Assembly (NCBI GenBank): GCA_024408235.1
Contig: JAKSVF010000001.1
Coordinates: 29,417 to 93,416 of the forward strand
Direction of reading: 5' to 3'
DNA: 64,000 nucleotides
DNA from: Bacilli bacterium
Lineage (GTDB): Bacteria; Bacillota_I; Bacilli_A; RFN20; CAG-826
A program made the translations under genes and the position numbers. A model generated the notes under the pieces. That model searched no databases. It saw only the letters and a list, made by a program, of their open reading frames with translations, and was not told the origin of the DNA. Shown here piece after piece: positions 31,657-41,694 of the stretch (position 1 is its first letter; each line of letters opens with the position of its first letter).

Positions 31657-32166
31657 ATGATCACCATTTCTTTATTAGGCTTAGACCAATACGTGGCTGG
31701 CCACTACAGCAAGACGCACACAGAAAATCTCGCTCAGCTTTTCGAAGTTGATGAAGACGCAGTATCTTTCTATGCGCCAAATTCCATCATTATTCACAAT
31801 GGAGTAGAACAGACTTCATGGAACACCGAAGTCAGAGTTCACCTTCCTACAAAGTTCGCACCACTTGAAGAGAAGGTTGCCGATTACCTTATCCAGACCC
31901 TTAAGGAAATCACAATTAACATGAACATAACATTCGAGTATTACGAAGAGGCTAGCCACTACGAATACCAGAATGATGAATACCCTAAGTTCATCAGAGC
32001 CGACAACATCGTCGACATGGATGACCCATACGCAGAAGAAAACGAAGAGGAATACGATGGACCAACTCCAGAGCCTTACCTCGGAAATATATTCGCCGGC
32101 AAAGAGGAAGAGTTAGACGCTAAATATAGCGCTGATGAAGAATACCTCACTGAAGAAGATAAATAA
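31657..32166 (+). CDS. Hypothetical highly acidic protein
   Basis: ORF whose C-terminus is rich in E, D and Y (EENEEEYDGPTPEPY...DEEYLTEEDK). No known motif. Confidence 0.45.
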   Translation: MITISLLGLDQYVAGHYSKTHTENLAQLFEVDEDAVSFYAPNSIIIHNGVEQTSWNTEVRVHLPTKFAPLEEKVADYLIQTLKEITINMNITFEYYEEASHYEYQNDEYPKFIRADNIVDMDDPYAEENEEEYDGPTPEPYLGNIFAGKEEELDAKYSADEEYLTEEDK

Positions 32167-32179
32167 TGGGGAGAATAGT

Positions 32180-33499
32180 ATGCAGACATTAGATATTTGT
32201 GAAGCAGTATTAACAGACGTTCTTGCCAATGACGTCTCATTCGCTGACGCTCTCAAAAAGGTCTTTAAATCAAGCGTTGACCTCCGCCCTCAGAGAAATA
32301 CAGTCGCATCTTTGGTTGGATGTGAACTTCGTCACCATCTTCTCTTCTCTTATCTCTTGAAGCCAATTGAAGTTTTGACTGATGAAGAAAAGAGACTTGT
32401 CTCTTTATGTCTTGCTGAGTATTACTTCTATCAGAGACTCAACAAAGATGAAGTCGATAGCCACCTCCTTGCAAAACTTGGAGAAGAAAAAATTGAACTC
32501 CTCAAACCGTTATTCGATAAATCGGGTAAGCCTGAGGAATACATCCCAGCTGAGATATCAAAATCAAGCAACAAGTACTTATCATTAAGATACAACACCC
32601 CAGAATGGGTTCTTAAGATCATTGAGCATTATGGTTTCGGAACAACGTACAAAGTATTAAGAAAAAATGCTCAGCAGAGAATCTCGACCGTCCGTGTTAG
32701 AGAAGGCTTTGATAAGAATACAATAGATCCTAACGCTTTCAAAGGCTCACCTGTGCCAGGTATTTATTACTATCAGGGCAAGGAATCCCTAAGAAAACTA
32801 GAAGCCGCCAAAGAAGGCAAGATCTTCAATGAAAGACTAGCGACTAAATTTATCTTAGATAAATACAGAGTCAGCGATCCTTCAGAACTTTTCATCTTTG
32901 ATGGAAATGGCGATGGTTCAATCTTCAAAGAAGCAATCGAAACCTACGGCACAAAGATCGGAATGAACTTTGGAGTCTATTCCGAAGACAAGTATGCAGA
33001 TGTCGCTAGAATGATTAGAACCGAAGGCTTAAAGAACATTAACTACTTTGCAGCTGATCCAACATTCCTTGATGCAGCTATCTCTCGCCCACAGGATTTG
33101 GTAATCGTATCGCCTAAATCCACAAACTTTGATTTGATTAGAGAACAGCCAGATTATCTTCTTCACTTCAAGAAGAGCGAAATGGATGAACTCTTTAGAA
33201 AAGAGAAAGAAGCGCTTGAAGGCGTTTCTAAGGTTGTCGCAGATGATGGACTCCTCATCTACATGGTTTACACAATCAGCAAGAAAGAAGGCCACCAGAC
33301 GATCTCCGAATTCTTGCTCAACCACACAGAATTCAAGTTCGTTAAAGAAGAACAGCTCTTCCCTCAGGATGAACTCGACACAGCAATGTACTACGCTGTT
33401 CTCAAAAAAGAAGAGAATGCTATCATTCTTGATAACCCAGCATCATTGGCTAACCCATTAGAGGGAACGGCCTTCGCTATGTCAGCAAAGGAAAGATAG
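32180..33499 (+). CDS. RsmB/Sun-family (NusB-like N-domain plus MTase fold) protein with degenerate SAM-binding and catalytic motifs
   Basis: It occupies the rsmB slot between priA and rlmN. It aligns to RsmB motifs but shows IFDGNGDGS instead of DxCAAPGGKT, VSPKSTNFD instead of DAPCSGTG, and YTISKKEG instead of TCS. A GGGGAG RBS precedes the ATG at 32180. Confidence 0.55.
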   Translation: MQTLDICEAVLTDVLANDVSFADALKKVFKSSVDLRPQRNTVASLVGCELRHHLLFSYLLKPIEVLTDEEKRLVSLCLAEYYFYQRLNKDEVDSHLLAKLGEEKIELLKPLFDKSGKPEEYIPAEISKSSNKYLSLRYNTPEWVLKIIEHYGFGTTYKVLRKNAQQRISTVRVREGFDKNTIDPNAFKGSPVPGIYYYQGKESLRKLEAAKEGKIFNERLATKFILDKYRVSDPSELFIFDGNGDGSIFKEAIETYGTKIGMNFGVYSEDKYADVARMIRTEGLKNINYFAADPTFLDAAISRPQDLVIVSPKSTNFDLIREQPDYLLHFKKSEMDELFRKEKEALEGVSKVVADDGLLIYMVYTISKKEGHQTISEFLLNHTEFKFVKEEQLFPQDELDTAMYYAVLKKEENAIILDNPASLANPLEGTAFAMSAKER

Positions 33500-33503
33500 A
33501 ATC

Positions 33504-34553
33504 ATGAAGAAGAATCTCTTTGGTTTTTCGCTTCCTGCTTTAGAAGAAGAAATGACAAGCCGTGGAGAAACTCGTTATAGAGCAAGACAGCTTTATGAGT
33601 GGATTTACGTTAAAAAAGTCTATGACTTCTCGTTAATGACAGATATATCCAAGAATTTCAGAAAAGTTCTTGAGGAAGAATATTGCTTGGACTTGCCAAC
33701 AATTTTCACACGCCAAAATGCCGCTGACGGAACCGTCAAGTTATTACTTGAGATGGAAGATCATTCAAAGGTTGAGACGGTCCTTATGAGATATGATTAC
33801 GGCAATGTCATCTGCGTATCGTCTCAAGTCGGATGCTCAATGGCTTGTGCTTTTTGCGCCTCCGGAATTCTAGCCAAGACAAGAAACCTTACTGCATCGG
33901 AAATGGTAGGGGAAGTCATTCTTATGAACCAGTTACTTGCTGAAGAGGGTGAGAATATCTCCCATATCGTTGTAATGGGAACCGGTGAGCCATTTGACAA
34001 TTACGATAACGTAATGTCATTTGTGAGAGTCATGAATGAGCAAAGGGGCCTTGCGATTGGTGCAAGACACATAACCGTCTCCACATGCGGCCTTGTCGAT
34101 GGCATCAGGAAATACGCTAACGAGGGAATTCAAATCAATCTTGCGATTTCTCTCCATGCCCCAAATGATGAAATCAGAAATCAGATAATGCCAATTTCAA
34201 GAAAATACAACATGGATGAGCTTCTCGATGCAGTTAAATACTATGTTGAAACAGCAGGGCGCAGAGTCACTTTTGAATATATCATGATCAAAGGTCTTAA
34301 CGACTCAATTGAGAATGCTGATGAACTTGCTAGAAGACTCAGGGGAATTTTCTGTTACGTTAACCTCATTCCGCTGAATCCAGTTAAAGAAAAACCGTTT
34401 GAAAGAAGCGAAAATGTCCACGCTTTCAATAGGCGTTTAAACGATAAAGGTGTCAACTGTACTGTAAGAAAAGAGTTCGGTACAGATATTGATGCCGCTT
34501 GTGGACAACTCAGAGTTAAATATGAGAGGAAGGGGAAGAACTATGGCAACTAA
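33504..34553 (+). CDS. rlmN: 23S rRNA m2A2503 / tRNA methyltransferase, radical SAM
   Basis: Radical-SAM Cys triad in GCSMACAFCASG, together with the conserved MGTGEP and CGQL C-terminal motifs. Confidence 0.93.
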   Translation: MKKNLFGFSLPALEEEMTSRGETRYRARQLYEWIYVKKVYDFSLMTDISKNFRKVLEEEYCLDLPTIFTRQNAADGTVKLLLEMEDHSKVETVLMRYDYGNVICVSSQVGCSMACAFCASGILAKTRNLTASEMVGEVILMNQLLAEEGENISHIVVMGTGEPFDNYDNVMSFVRVMNEQRGLAIGARHITVSTCGLVDGIRKYANEGIQINLAISLHAPNDEIRNQIMPISRKYNMDELLDAVKYYVETAGRRVTFEYIMIKGLNDSIENADELARRLRGIFCYVNLIPLNPVKEKPFERSENVHAFNRRLNDKGVNCTVRKEFGTDIDAACGQLRVKYERKGKNYGN

Positions 34554-35295
34554 ATACCGTGGAAGCTATGGATATAAAGTCCATCCAGGCAAAGTTCGCA
34601 CAAACAACGAAGACCAGGCGTCCGTTTTGATGAATCCAGATGGTGAAATCCTTCTTGTCGTTTGCGATGGAATGGGCGGATCACAGAAAGGTGATGTTGC
34701 CTCAAGAATGGCGATCGACATCATAACCAAATCATTCCCCTCAAAGAAAAAACATGTTTTTGCGAGCGCTGATAAGGCTTGGCTTACAAAAATTGCTAAG
34801 AAGGCAAATTCCGCTATCTACGAAACAGCCGATAAGAATCCTAGGTATAAAGGTATGGGAACTACGCTTGTTGCGGCCCTTATCTCTAATAAGAGGATGA
34901 TTGTTGTCTCCATTGGCGATAGCCGTTGCTATTGTTTAAAAGACGGTGAAATTAAACAACTGACAGAGGATCAGACCTATGTTCAGATGTTAATCAACAC
35001 CGGAAAGATCACTCCAGAAGAAGCCCTTACTCATCCAAAGAGACACGTTCTTTTGAACGCGATGGGCATCTATCCGTCATTATCAATCGACATCAAACAA
35101 TATAAATACCGTGGGGAAACAATTTTATTATGCACTGATGGTTTATATAACCAGGTTCCAGCGGATGAGATAAAGGCAATTCTCTCAAGCGATGAGAGAG
35201 TTGACCAGAAACCAATATCACTAATCATCGCCGCTAACGCACACGGCGGAAGCGACAACATTGGAGTTGCTGTTTGGGAGACTGAAGCACAATGA
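34543..35295 (+). CDS. PP2C-family Ser/Thr protein phosphatase
   Basis: Motifs RTNNEDQ, VCDGMGG, GDSR and GGSDNI. An ATG at 34543 with a GAGAGGAAGGGGAAG RBS overlaps the rlmN stop. The ORF-track start at 34489 is a TTG. Confidence 0.9.
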   Translation: MATKYRGSYGYKVHPGKVRTNNEDQASVLMNPDGEILLVVCDGMGGSQKGDVASRMAIDIITKSFPSKKKHVFASADKAWLTKIAKKANSAIYETADKNPRYKGMGTTLVAALISNKRMIVVSIGDSRCYCLKDGEIKQLTEDQTYVQMLINTGKITPEEALTHPKRHVLLNAMGIYPSLSIDIKQYKYRGETILLCTDGLYNQVPADEIKAILSSDERVDQKPISLIIAANAHGGSDNIGVAVWETEAQ

Positions 35296-36173
35296 TAGAG
35301 ATCGGAAGTAAAATAGACGGTCGCTATCGTGTAACCGGTCGTATCGCTCACGGCGGTATGGCAGATGTCTACGAGGGCTTTGATTCACTATCCCATCGCT
35401 ATGTCGCAATCAAGGTCATGCGAGTCGATTGCATGGCTGACCCAGAAAATATCAAGCGTTTTAGAAAAGAGTGCGAGGCATGCGCTTGTTTTAATTCGCC
35501 TCATATCGTCCGCATCTATGGTCAGGGCACTGTTGATGGTGGACGCCCTTACATGATTAACGAGTATGTTGAGGGCAGAACTTTAAGAGATAAATTGAAC
35601 ATGGTTGAAAACCATTGTTTAAGCGCTAGAGAAGCATGTGAATTCATGGTGCAGCTTTGCCTTGGAATGCAATACGTCCATGATCATGGAGTTGTTCATC
35701 GTGACATCAAGCCGGATAACATGTTCTACGCCGCAGACGGCTCTGTCAAAATCACCGACTTCGGAATTTCCAGTCATGTCGGCGAAAAAGCAAATAGAGA
35801 AGCCATTCCTGGAACGCTATTCTATACGGCTCCAGAAATCATCACAGGAGGAGACCCTCTCATCCAATCTGACATTTTTTCGATGGGTGTAGTTTTCTAT
35901 GAGATGCTAACGGGCAAACTCCCTTTCAGCGGGGAAGATAAGAAAGCTGTCGTAAGCGCAATCGTTAAAAAGAGCGCTCCAATTCCATCAGATGAGTATT
36001 CTTCGATTCCTAAAGCGGTTGATAGAATCGTCATTAAATGCCTTCGCAAGAGACATCAAGAGAGATATCAGAACTGCAATCAACTTAGAAGAGCGATCGA
36101 ATCTGTCCTTAAGGACAAGAATGCTTTTAAGGAAAAGAAATCACTCTTATCAAAGATATTTGGATTCAAATAA
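35292..36173 (+). CDS. Hanks-type Ser/Thr protein kinase, catalytic domain only
   Basis: Motifs HGGMADVYEG, AIK, HRDIKPDN, DFGIS and APE. It is 293 aa with no TM segment and no PASTA repeats. Its start overlaps the PP2C stop. Confidence 0.9.
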   Translation: MIEIGSKIDGRYRVTGRIAHGGMADVYEGFDSLSHRYVAIKVMRVDCMADPENIKRFRKECEACACFNSPHIVRIYGQGTVDGGRPYMINEYVEGRTLRDKLNMVENHCLSAREACEFMVQLCLGMQYVHDHGVVHRDIKPDNMFYAADGSVKITDFGISSHVGEKANREAIPGTLFYTAPEIITGGDPLIQSDIFSMGVVFYEMLTGKLPFSGEDKKAVVSAIVKKSAPIPSDEYSSIPKAVDRIVIKCLRKRHQERYQNCNQLRRAIESVLKDKNAFKEKKSLLSKIFGFK

Positions 36174-36176
36174 ACA

Positions 36177-36842
36177 ATGGGAAATTATAAGAACAAAACA
36201 ACATATATAGCCCCATCTATTCTCGCTGCAGATCCGAATAGAATCGAAGACGAAATAGCGTTGATAAAGACTTCGAAGGCTGCATTCGTCCATATAGACA
36301 TAATGGATGGAAAATTCGTTAGAGCGACGACTTTTAATGATGATTTCGTAAAAAGGGTAATCGACGTTTCTGATCGTCTAGTCAAGGATGTCCATATAAT
36401 GGTGGAAGAGCCGTGGATTATCGGTCCTAAGTTTGCAAAGATGGGTGCATCTATTGTCACGTTCCACTATGAGGCGTGCGGAGATGACCAGGTCGTTTTT
36501 AAGACTATCAAAGCCATAAGAGACGCCGGCTCTAAAGTCGGAATATCAATCAAGCCTAATACGCCAGTAGAAGTATTGAATCCTTTTCTTGACCAAATCG
36601 ACCTTGTTCTTATTATGACGGTAGAACCTGGCGCTGGTGGCCAATCGTTCATGGCAGATATGATGGTGAAAGTTAAGAAACTCTCATCAATTGATGGCCG
36701 TAAGTTTTTGATTGAGTGCGATGGTGGAATAAAAGACACCACCGTCTCAATCGTTAAAGAAGCTGGAGCCGACGTTTTGGTCGCTGGTTCATATTTATTC
36801 GGTCATAAAGATTTTAAAGAAAGAGTGGAGACCCTTTTATAA
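36177..36842 (+). CDS. rpe: Ribulose-phosphate 3-epimerase
   Basis: Motifs IAPSILAAD, HIDIMDG, and GG...D at the C-terminus. Confidence 0.93.
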   Translation: MGNYKNKTTYIAPSILAADPNRIEDEIALIKTSKAAFVHIDIMDGKFVRATTFNDDFVKRVIDVSDRLVKDVHIMVEEPWIIGPKFAKMGASIVTFHYEACGDDQVVFKTIKAIRDAGSKVGISIKPNTPVEVLNPFLDQIDLVLIMTVEPGAGGQSFMADMMVKVKKLSSIDGRKFLIECDGGIKDTTVSIVKEAGADVLVAGSYLFGHKDFKERVETLL

Positions 36843-37516
36843 TGCCTATTTCATATTTCATCTTATTTACTGCCGTGCCTGCTATCATGTTAGCGGCCTT
36901 CCTAATCACCGTTTTCTTCGGTTACAAAAAAGAAGGAGAGGAATACTCCCTCAAAGCTTATTTGACTTATGAGGCCTTCGAGAGAATGAATCCGGCTACA
37001 AGGGTTATAGCGCGCATACTATATTTTATATATTTAGCCTCGCTACTTCCTTTCTATGCCTATGTCATTAAATATAGTGGTGGATATAACGATCAACTCG
37101 TATTATTCTCCGTCTTCAACTTATTGGCAGGAGTTGTAGCAGTTGGTATAAGCGTTGCCCTTACGTATGTAAAAGCAACATTGCCTCAGCCTCATCTATT
37201 CCTTGCGATAGGTCATGGGCTGGTGGTTGTCGTAAATGCGTTCACAATGTCTAGCGTATTGAATCTCATCAGAACGGCTAACATGGTAAGTTCAAGATAT
37301 GACATATTCATATTGATCGTCATCGTTCTCCTTATACTCATAGCGACATTTGTCATCCTCTTATTCGTGAAGAGGGATGTCTATTCTTGGGAATATGTAG
37401 AGAAAGAAGGTAAGAGAAGTTTCTTTGCCTTAGCGTTCACGGAATGGTTAGTAGTATTCTTCAATCTTGCCGTCTACTTAATAAGCGTCATCTCATTATT
37501 TGTTATCAATTGCTAA
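36842..37516 (+). CDS. Hypothetical polytopic membrane protein
   Basis: About 6 hydrophobic helices. No recognisable motif. Confidence 0.5.
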   Translation: MPISYFILFTAVPAIMLAAFLITVFFGYKKEGEEYSLKAYLTYEAFERMNPATRVIARILYFIYLASLLPFYAYVIKYSGGYNDQLVLFSVFNLLAGVVAVGISVALTYVKATLPQPHLFLAIGHGLVVVVNAFTMSSVLNLIRTANMVSSRYDIFILIVIVLLILIATFVILLFVKRDVYSWEYVEKEGKRSFFALAFTEWLVVFFNLAVYLISVISLFVINC

Positions 37517-37527
37517 AAGCGATAAAA

Positions 37528-37560
37528 AAGAAGCGGGGTTCCCGCTTCTATTTTTCTTTG
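37528..37560. terminator. Bidirectional rho-independent terminator
   Basis: agaagcggg-gtt-cccgcttct followed by atttttcttt. It lies between the membrane-protein gene (+) and rpmB (-). Confidence 0.75.
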
Positions 37561-37574
37561 GTAAGAAGAACTAA

Positions 37575-37772
37575 TTACTCAGCTTCTTTAGCGCTCTTGT
37601 TGAGTGAGCGATAAGCACGAGCACTCATCTTAACAGTAACAACTTTACCGTTGACGTTGAGTTTGTACTTGTGAAGGTTGACGTTCCAAACACGTCTTGT
37701 TGCTCTAACAGAGTGGGAACGATTGTTTCCGCTCATTGGTCCTTTACCTGTGATCTGGCATACTCTTGACAT
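37575..37772 (-). CDS. rpmB: 50S ribosomal protein L28
   Basis: MSRVCQITGKGPMSGNNRSHS...VKMSARAYRS is canonical L28. The Met at 37772 is the real start. The longer ORF reaching 37814 has no support. Confidence 0.92.
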   Translation of the reverse strand: MSRVCQITGKGPMSGNNRSHSVRATRRVWNVNLHKYKLNVNGKVVTVKMSARAYRSLNKSAKEAE

Positions 37773-37937
37773 AATTAATTCACTCCTTTTCGGGTTACGA
37801 CTCGAAAATCGCATTTAGGAATATACCACTATGGAAGCAATTGGGCAACCAAATATTAAAATATTTTAGATAAAACACCGAATATGAAGAAAATATAGCA
37901 GGATACGCAAAGGAAAAGGTTCATTTCATAGATATTG

Positions 37938-37946
37938 TGATACAAT
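37938..37946 (+). promoter_or_regulatory. Extended -10 element (TGaTACAAT) upstream of glgC
   Basis: TGATACAAT lies 28 nt upstream of a GGAGGG RBS and the ATG at 37974. Confidence 0.4.
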
Positions 37947-37973
37947 ATAGGCACAATTTTTGGAGGGAAAATT

Positions 37974-39104
37974 ATGAGCACCAAATTGGCAGCTATGATT
38001 CTCGCAGGCGGAAAGGGCACAAGATTGTTGGCTTTAACGAAGAAAGTCGCGAAGCCAGCTGTTTCTTATGGAGGAAAGTATCGCATTATCGACTTCCCAC
38101 TTTCAAACTGCGCAAACACAGGAATCACCTGTGTATCTGTTTTGACCCAATATGAGTCAAGCGAACTTAACACCTATGTCGGAAACGGTGAGAAGTGGGG
38201 ATTGAATGGAGTTAGATCAATCACCTCTGTTTTAACACCTAAACAGACAGACGAAGGCAGCAACTGGTATAGAGGCACCGCAGACGCTATCTATCAGAAC
38301 ATCGACTGGCTTGATGGAGTCAACCCTGAGTATGTTTTAATCCTTTCGGGTGACCACATCTATTCATGCACATATAACGGCATGCTTAAGAAACACATTG
38401 AGAATAAGGCGGACTGCACGATTGCAGTTTATGAGGTTCCATGGGCAGAAGCTCCACGTTTCGGAATCCTTGTAACAGACGACAAAGATAATATCGTCGA
38501 CTTCCAAGAGAAGCCAAAAAACCCAGTAAGCAACCTTGCTTCTATGGGTATCTATATCTTCACATACAAGACATTAAGAGCAGCTCTTTTAGCTGATGCA
38601 GCAGACCCAAATTCAGAACACGACTTCGGCAAGAACATCATCCCAACAATGATGGCACAGAAGAAAAAGATGGTTGCTTACACTTATTCAGGATACTGGA
38701 AAGATGTCGGTACAGTCTCTTCGTTGCATGAGGCAAATATGGACTTACTTTTATCCGGAGACCCAAACATCAACCTTTATAAGGTCCAGGGTGATAACAA
38801 GATTTATTCCGAAGACAATCACTCGCTTCCACAGTACATTGGACCTGATGCGATCGTTAAGGATTCGCTCGTTAACCAAGGCGCATCAATCTTAGGCAAC
38901 ATCGATCACTGTGTTGTTTCAAGCGATGCAACAGTTGAAGCGGGTGCGAGCTGCAAGAACTGCGTCATTATGAATGGCGCCGTCATTAAATCAGGCGTCA
39001 ACGCAGCGAATGCGATCATCGGCCAGAACACCCTTGTCGATGAAGATGTAAACGGCGAGCCAGGAAACATCGAACTTGTCGTTAATGGAAAGGCAGGTAA
39101 ATAA
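37974..39104 (+). CDS. glgC: Glucose-1-phosphate adenylyltransferase
   Basis: AMILAGGKGTRL...PAVSYGGKYRIIDFPLSNCANTGI and a C-terminal left-handed beta-helix. Confidence 0.93.
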   Translation: MSTKLAAMILAGGKGTRLLALTKKVAKPAVSYGGKYRIIDFPLSNCANTGITCVSVLTQYESSELNTYVGNGEKWGLNGVRSITSVLTPKQTDEGSNWYRGTADAIYQNIDWLDGVNPEYVLILSGDHIYSCTYNGMLKKHIENKADCTIAVYEVPWAEAPRFGILVTDDKDNIVDFQEKPKNPVSNLASMGIYIFTYKTLRAALLADAADPNSEHDFGKNIIPTMMAQKKKMVAYTYSGYWKDVGTVSSLHEANMDLLLSGDPNINLYKVQGDNKIYSEDNHSLPQYIGPDAIVKDSLVNQGASILGNIDHCVVSSDATVEAGASCKNCVIMNGAVIKSGVNAANAIIGQNTLVDEDVNGEPGNIELVVNGKAGK

Positions 39105-39105
39105 C

Positions 39106-40224
39106 ATGAAAGGCGTATTAGGTATTCTCGATTGCCATAACTCATGCTCACTTGGCGAATTGACTATGGATCGTCCATTGGCATCCGTAAGCTTCCTCGG
39201 AAGATACGCGATTTGCGATTTTCCTCTTTCCAATTTCTGCAATTCAGGAATTGATAACGTCGGAATCTTAGTTAAAGAGCACCAGAGATCCATCTTGAAA
39301 CACCTTGGCAACTCCATGTCATGGGTCAATAACACAAAGATGGGCCACATCAACGTTTTCTACAATGAAAAAGGACAGGTTAACCCTTCATACAACACTG
39401 ACTTAGCTAACTTGAAGGAAAACGATTGGGTCATTATTACTTCAGGCTGTAAATACATCGTTATTCAGTCCGCAGACGTAATCACAAACACCGACCTCAC
39501 ACCATTCATCGAAGAACATATTGAAAGAGGTGAGAAGATCACCACTCTCTATCATGAAATCGATGATGCAGACAAACAGTGGTTTGGCGGTAACACATAC
39601 GAGATTGATAGCGATGGTTGCCTTATCTCAACAAAGCCAAACGATGGCTCTGAGAAAAAGGCAAAAGTCGCGCTCGGCACTTGGATCATTAATAGAGATG
39701 CGTTACAGACAATCTTTGATGAATCCGCAAAAGTATCAGCTTCATGGGGATTAAAGGAAATGATGGGATACCTTGCTGAGAATGGCATCTTCAACATCCA
39801 CTGCGTTAAGCACGAAGGATATGTTAGAAGAATGGATTCCCTCCAGCATTATGTCGACTACTCATTCGAACTTCTAAATAGAGATGTCGCAAAACAGCTC
39901 TTCGTTCCTGAAAGACCAATTTACACAACTACACACGATACGGCTCCAGCCCTCTATGGAGTTGATTCTAAAGTTGCTAACTCATTCGTTGCAAACGGAT
40001 GCGTTGTTGAAGGAGAAGTTGAGAATTCAATCATCTGCCGTGATGTTAAAGTCGGCAAAGGAGCAAAGGTCAGCAACTCCATCCTCTTATCCAACGTTTG
40101 GGTCTTAGACGGCGCTAACGTTGATAATGTCATCATCGATAAATATTCAACAGTCCTTGAGAAACACACCATCGCAGGAGACAAGGCTAACCTTATCTAC
40201 ATCAGACAAGGAGCCAAGATCTAA
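39106..40224 (+). CDS. glgD: Glycogen biosynthesis protein GlgD (non-catalytic ADP-Glc pyrophosphorylase subunit)
   Basis: Paralogue of GlgC (GILDCH...FLGRYAICDFPLSNFCNSGI) that lacks the GGxGxRL motif. The ATG at 39106 immediately follows the glgC stop. Confidence 0.85.
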   Translation: MKGVLGILDCHNSCSLGELTMDRPLASVSFLGRYAICDFPLSNFCNSGIDNVGILVKEHQRSILKHLGNSMSWVNNTKMGHINVFYNEKGQVNPSYNTDLANLKENDWVIITSGCKYIVIQSADVITNTDLTPFIEEHIERGEKITTLYHEIDDADKQWFGGNTYEIDSDGCLISTKPNDGSEKKAKVALGTWIINRDALQTIFDESAKVSASWGLKEMMGYLAENGIFNIHCVKHEGYVRRMDSLQHYVDYSFELLNRDVAKQLFVPERPIYTTTHDTAPALYGVDSKVANSFVANGCVVEGEVENSIICRDVKVGKGAKVSNSILLSNVWVLDGANVDNVIIDKYSTVLEKHTIAGDKANLIYIRQGAKI

Positions 40225-41663
40225 TGAAGATAGCTATGTTCTCATCCGAGGCCAACCCGCTCGCAAAGTCAGGTGGTCTCGCAGACGTTGCTTACTCTCT
40301 TTCAAAAGAACTTGTGAAAATGGGTCACGACGTAATCCTCGTGATGCCACTTTACAAGGCGATGTGGAAGAAAGAAAAGCAGTACAAGTACAAGAAAGTA
40401 GATGAATTTGAAGTTTCTCTCTCATGGAGAAAAAACACCGCAACAATCTACACAACAACAATTGACGGCATCAAATATTACCTCGTATCGAATGGTCCAT
40501 ATTTCGAGAGAGATAACCTTTATAGCTATCCAGATGACACTGAAAGATTTGCTTTCTATCAAATCGCTTCAGTCATGCTTTTGAATAGGCTTAAATACCA
40601 GGCAGACATCATTCATGTCCACGATCACCAGGCAAGCTTCATTCCTGTCCTCATCAAGGAAAAGGAAGGAGATAACCCGTTGTTCTCAAAGACAAAATTT
40701 GTCTTAACCATTCATAACCCAGCCTTCAGAGGTGAGTTTGACAAGTTCTATCTCGGCGACTTCTATGGTCTCCCAGATTCAATCTATGACAGCGGCGCTG
40801 TTAGATTCAACAACATGGTCTCAACCCTCAAGGCCGCTATGATTTATTGCGACAAGATCACAACCGTTTCTCCAACTCATAGAAACGAGCTTCTCGATCC
40901 AAATTCAGAATTCCATCTTAACGGTGTTCTTGACTGGAGATACGATGATTTTGTCGGAATCGTCAATGGCATCGATATTAAGGAATGGGATTCTAGAAAA
41001 GATCCTAAGATTGAATTCAATTACGGAATCACAAACCTTGAAGAAGGCAAACACGCAAACCAGGCTGCGCTTCTCAAATCCATGAATCTAAAATTCTACG
41101 GCGGACCAGTCTATGGACTTGTTTCGCGTTTATCATGGCAGAAGGGCATCGGCCTCGTCGTTGAGTCAATGAGAAAGGCTCTTAGACAAGGCGCTAACCT
41201 CGTTGTTCTAGGCTCTGGCGAATACGAGCTTGAACAGCAAATGGAGGAATTGAGGAGAGAATTCCCTGACACATGTGGCATTTACATCGGCTATTCAGAC
41301 GATCTTGCTCACAAGATTTATGCTGGCTGCGATTTCTTCCTCATGCCATCTCTCTTTGAACCTTGTGGAATCTCTCAGATGGTATCTCAGAGATATGGTA
41401 CATTACCTATCGTAAGATACACCGGAGGACTTGCCGACACCGTTGAAGGATATGTTGGGGACAACATAAATTCATCTAATGGAATCGGTTTCAATAACTA
41501 TGATGCAATGGGAATGGATTATGCTATTGGCATGAGTAGAGCACTTTATGCTGACCAGAAATCATTCTACAAGGTCGCAAGAAACGCTATGAGACTTGAC
41601 CGTTCATGGGCACAGTCTGCAAAGAACTACGAAGACTTATACATCGCAGCTCTTACAAAATAA
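40224..41663 (+). CDS. glgA: Glycogen synthase (ADP-glucose type)
   Basis: N-terminus [22 protein letters not shown] (KSGGL motif) and a GT-B fold ([14 protein letters not shown]). Confidence 0.93.
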   Translation: MKIAMFSSEANPLAKSGGLADVAYSLSKELVKMGHDVILVMPLYKAMWKKEKQYKYKKVDEFEVSLSWRKNTATIYTTTIDGIKYYLVSNGPYFERDNLYSYPDDTERFAFYQIASVMLLNRLKYQADIIHVHDHQASFIPVLIKEKEGDNPLFSKTKFVLTIHNPAFRGEFDKFYLGDFYGLPDSIYDSGAVRFNNMVSTLKAAMIYCDKITTVSPTHRNELLDPNSEFHLNGVLDWRYDDFVGIVNGIDIKEWDSRKDPKIEFNYGITNLEEGKHANQAALLKSMNLKFYGGPVYGLVSRLSWQKGIGLVVESMRKALRQGANLVVLGSGEYELEQQMEELRREFPDTCGIYIGYSDDLAHKIYAGCDFFLMPSLFEPCGISQMVSQRYGTLPIVRYTGGLADTVEGYVGDNINSSNGIGFNNYDAMGMDYAIGMSRALYADQKSFYKVARNAMRLDRSWAQSAKNYEDLYIAALTK

Positions 41664-41694
41664 CCAACTCATCATTTATAAAAAGGAGTCTAAC

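Noticed and set aside
37772-37814. Longer rpmB ORF (MRFSSRNPKRSELIMSRVC...)
   Set aside because: L28 homologues start at MSRVCQ. The 14-codon extension has no support.
41596-41694. Upstream extension of leuS overlapping glgA
   Set aside because: The canonical LeuS N-terminus ([12 protein letters not shown]) with an AAAGGAG RBS starts at 41695. The extension overlaps the glgA 3' end.
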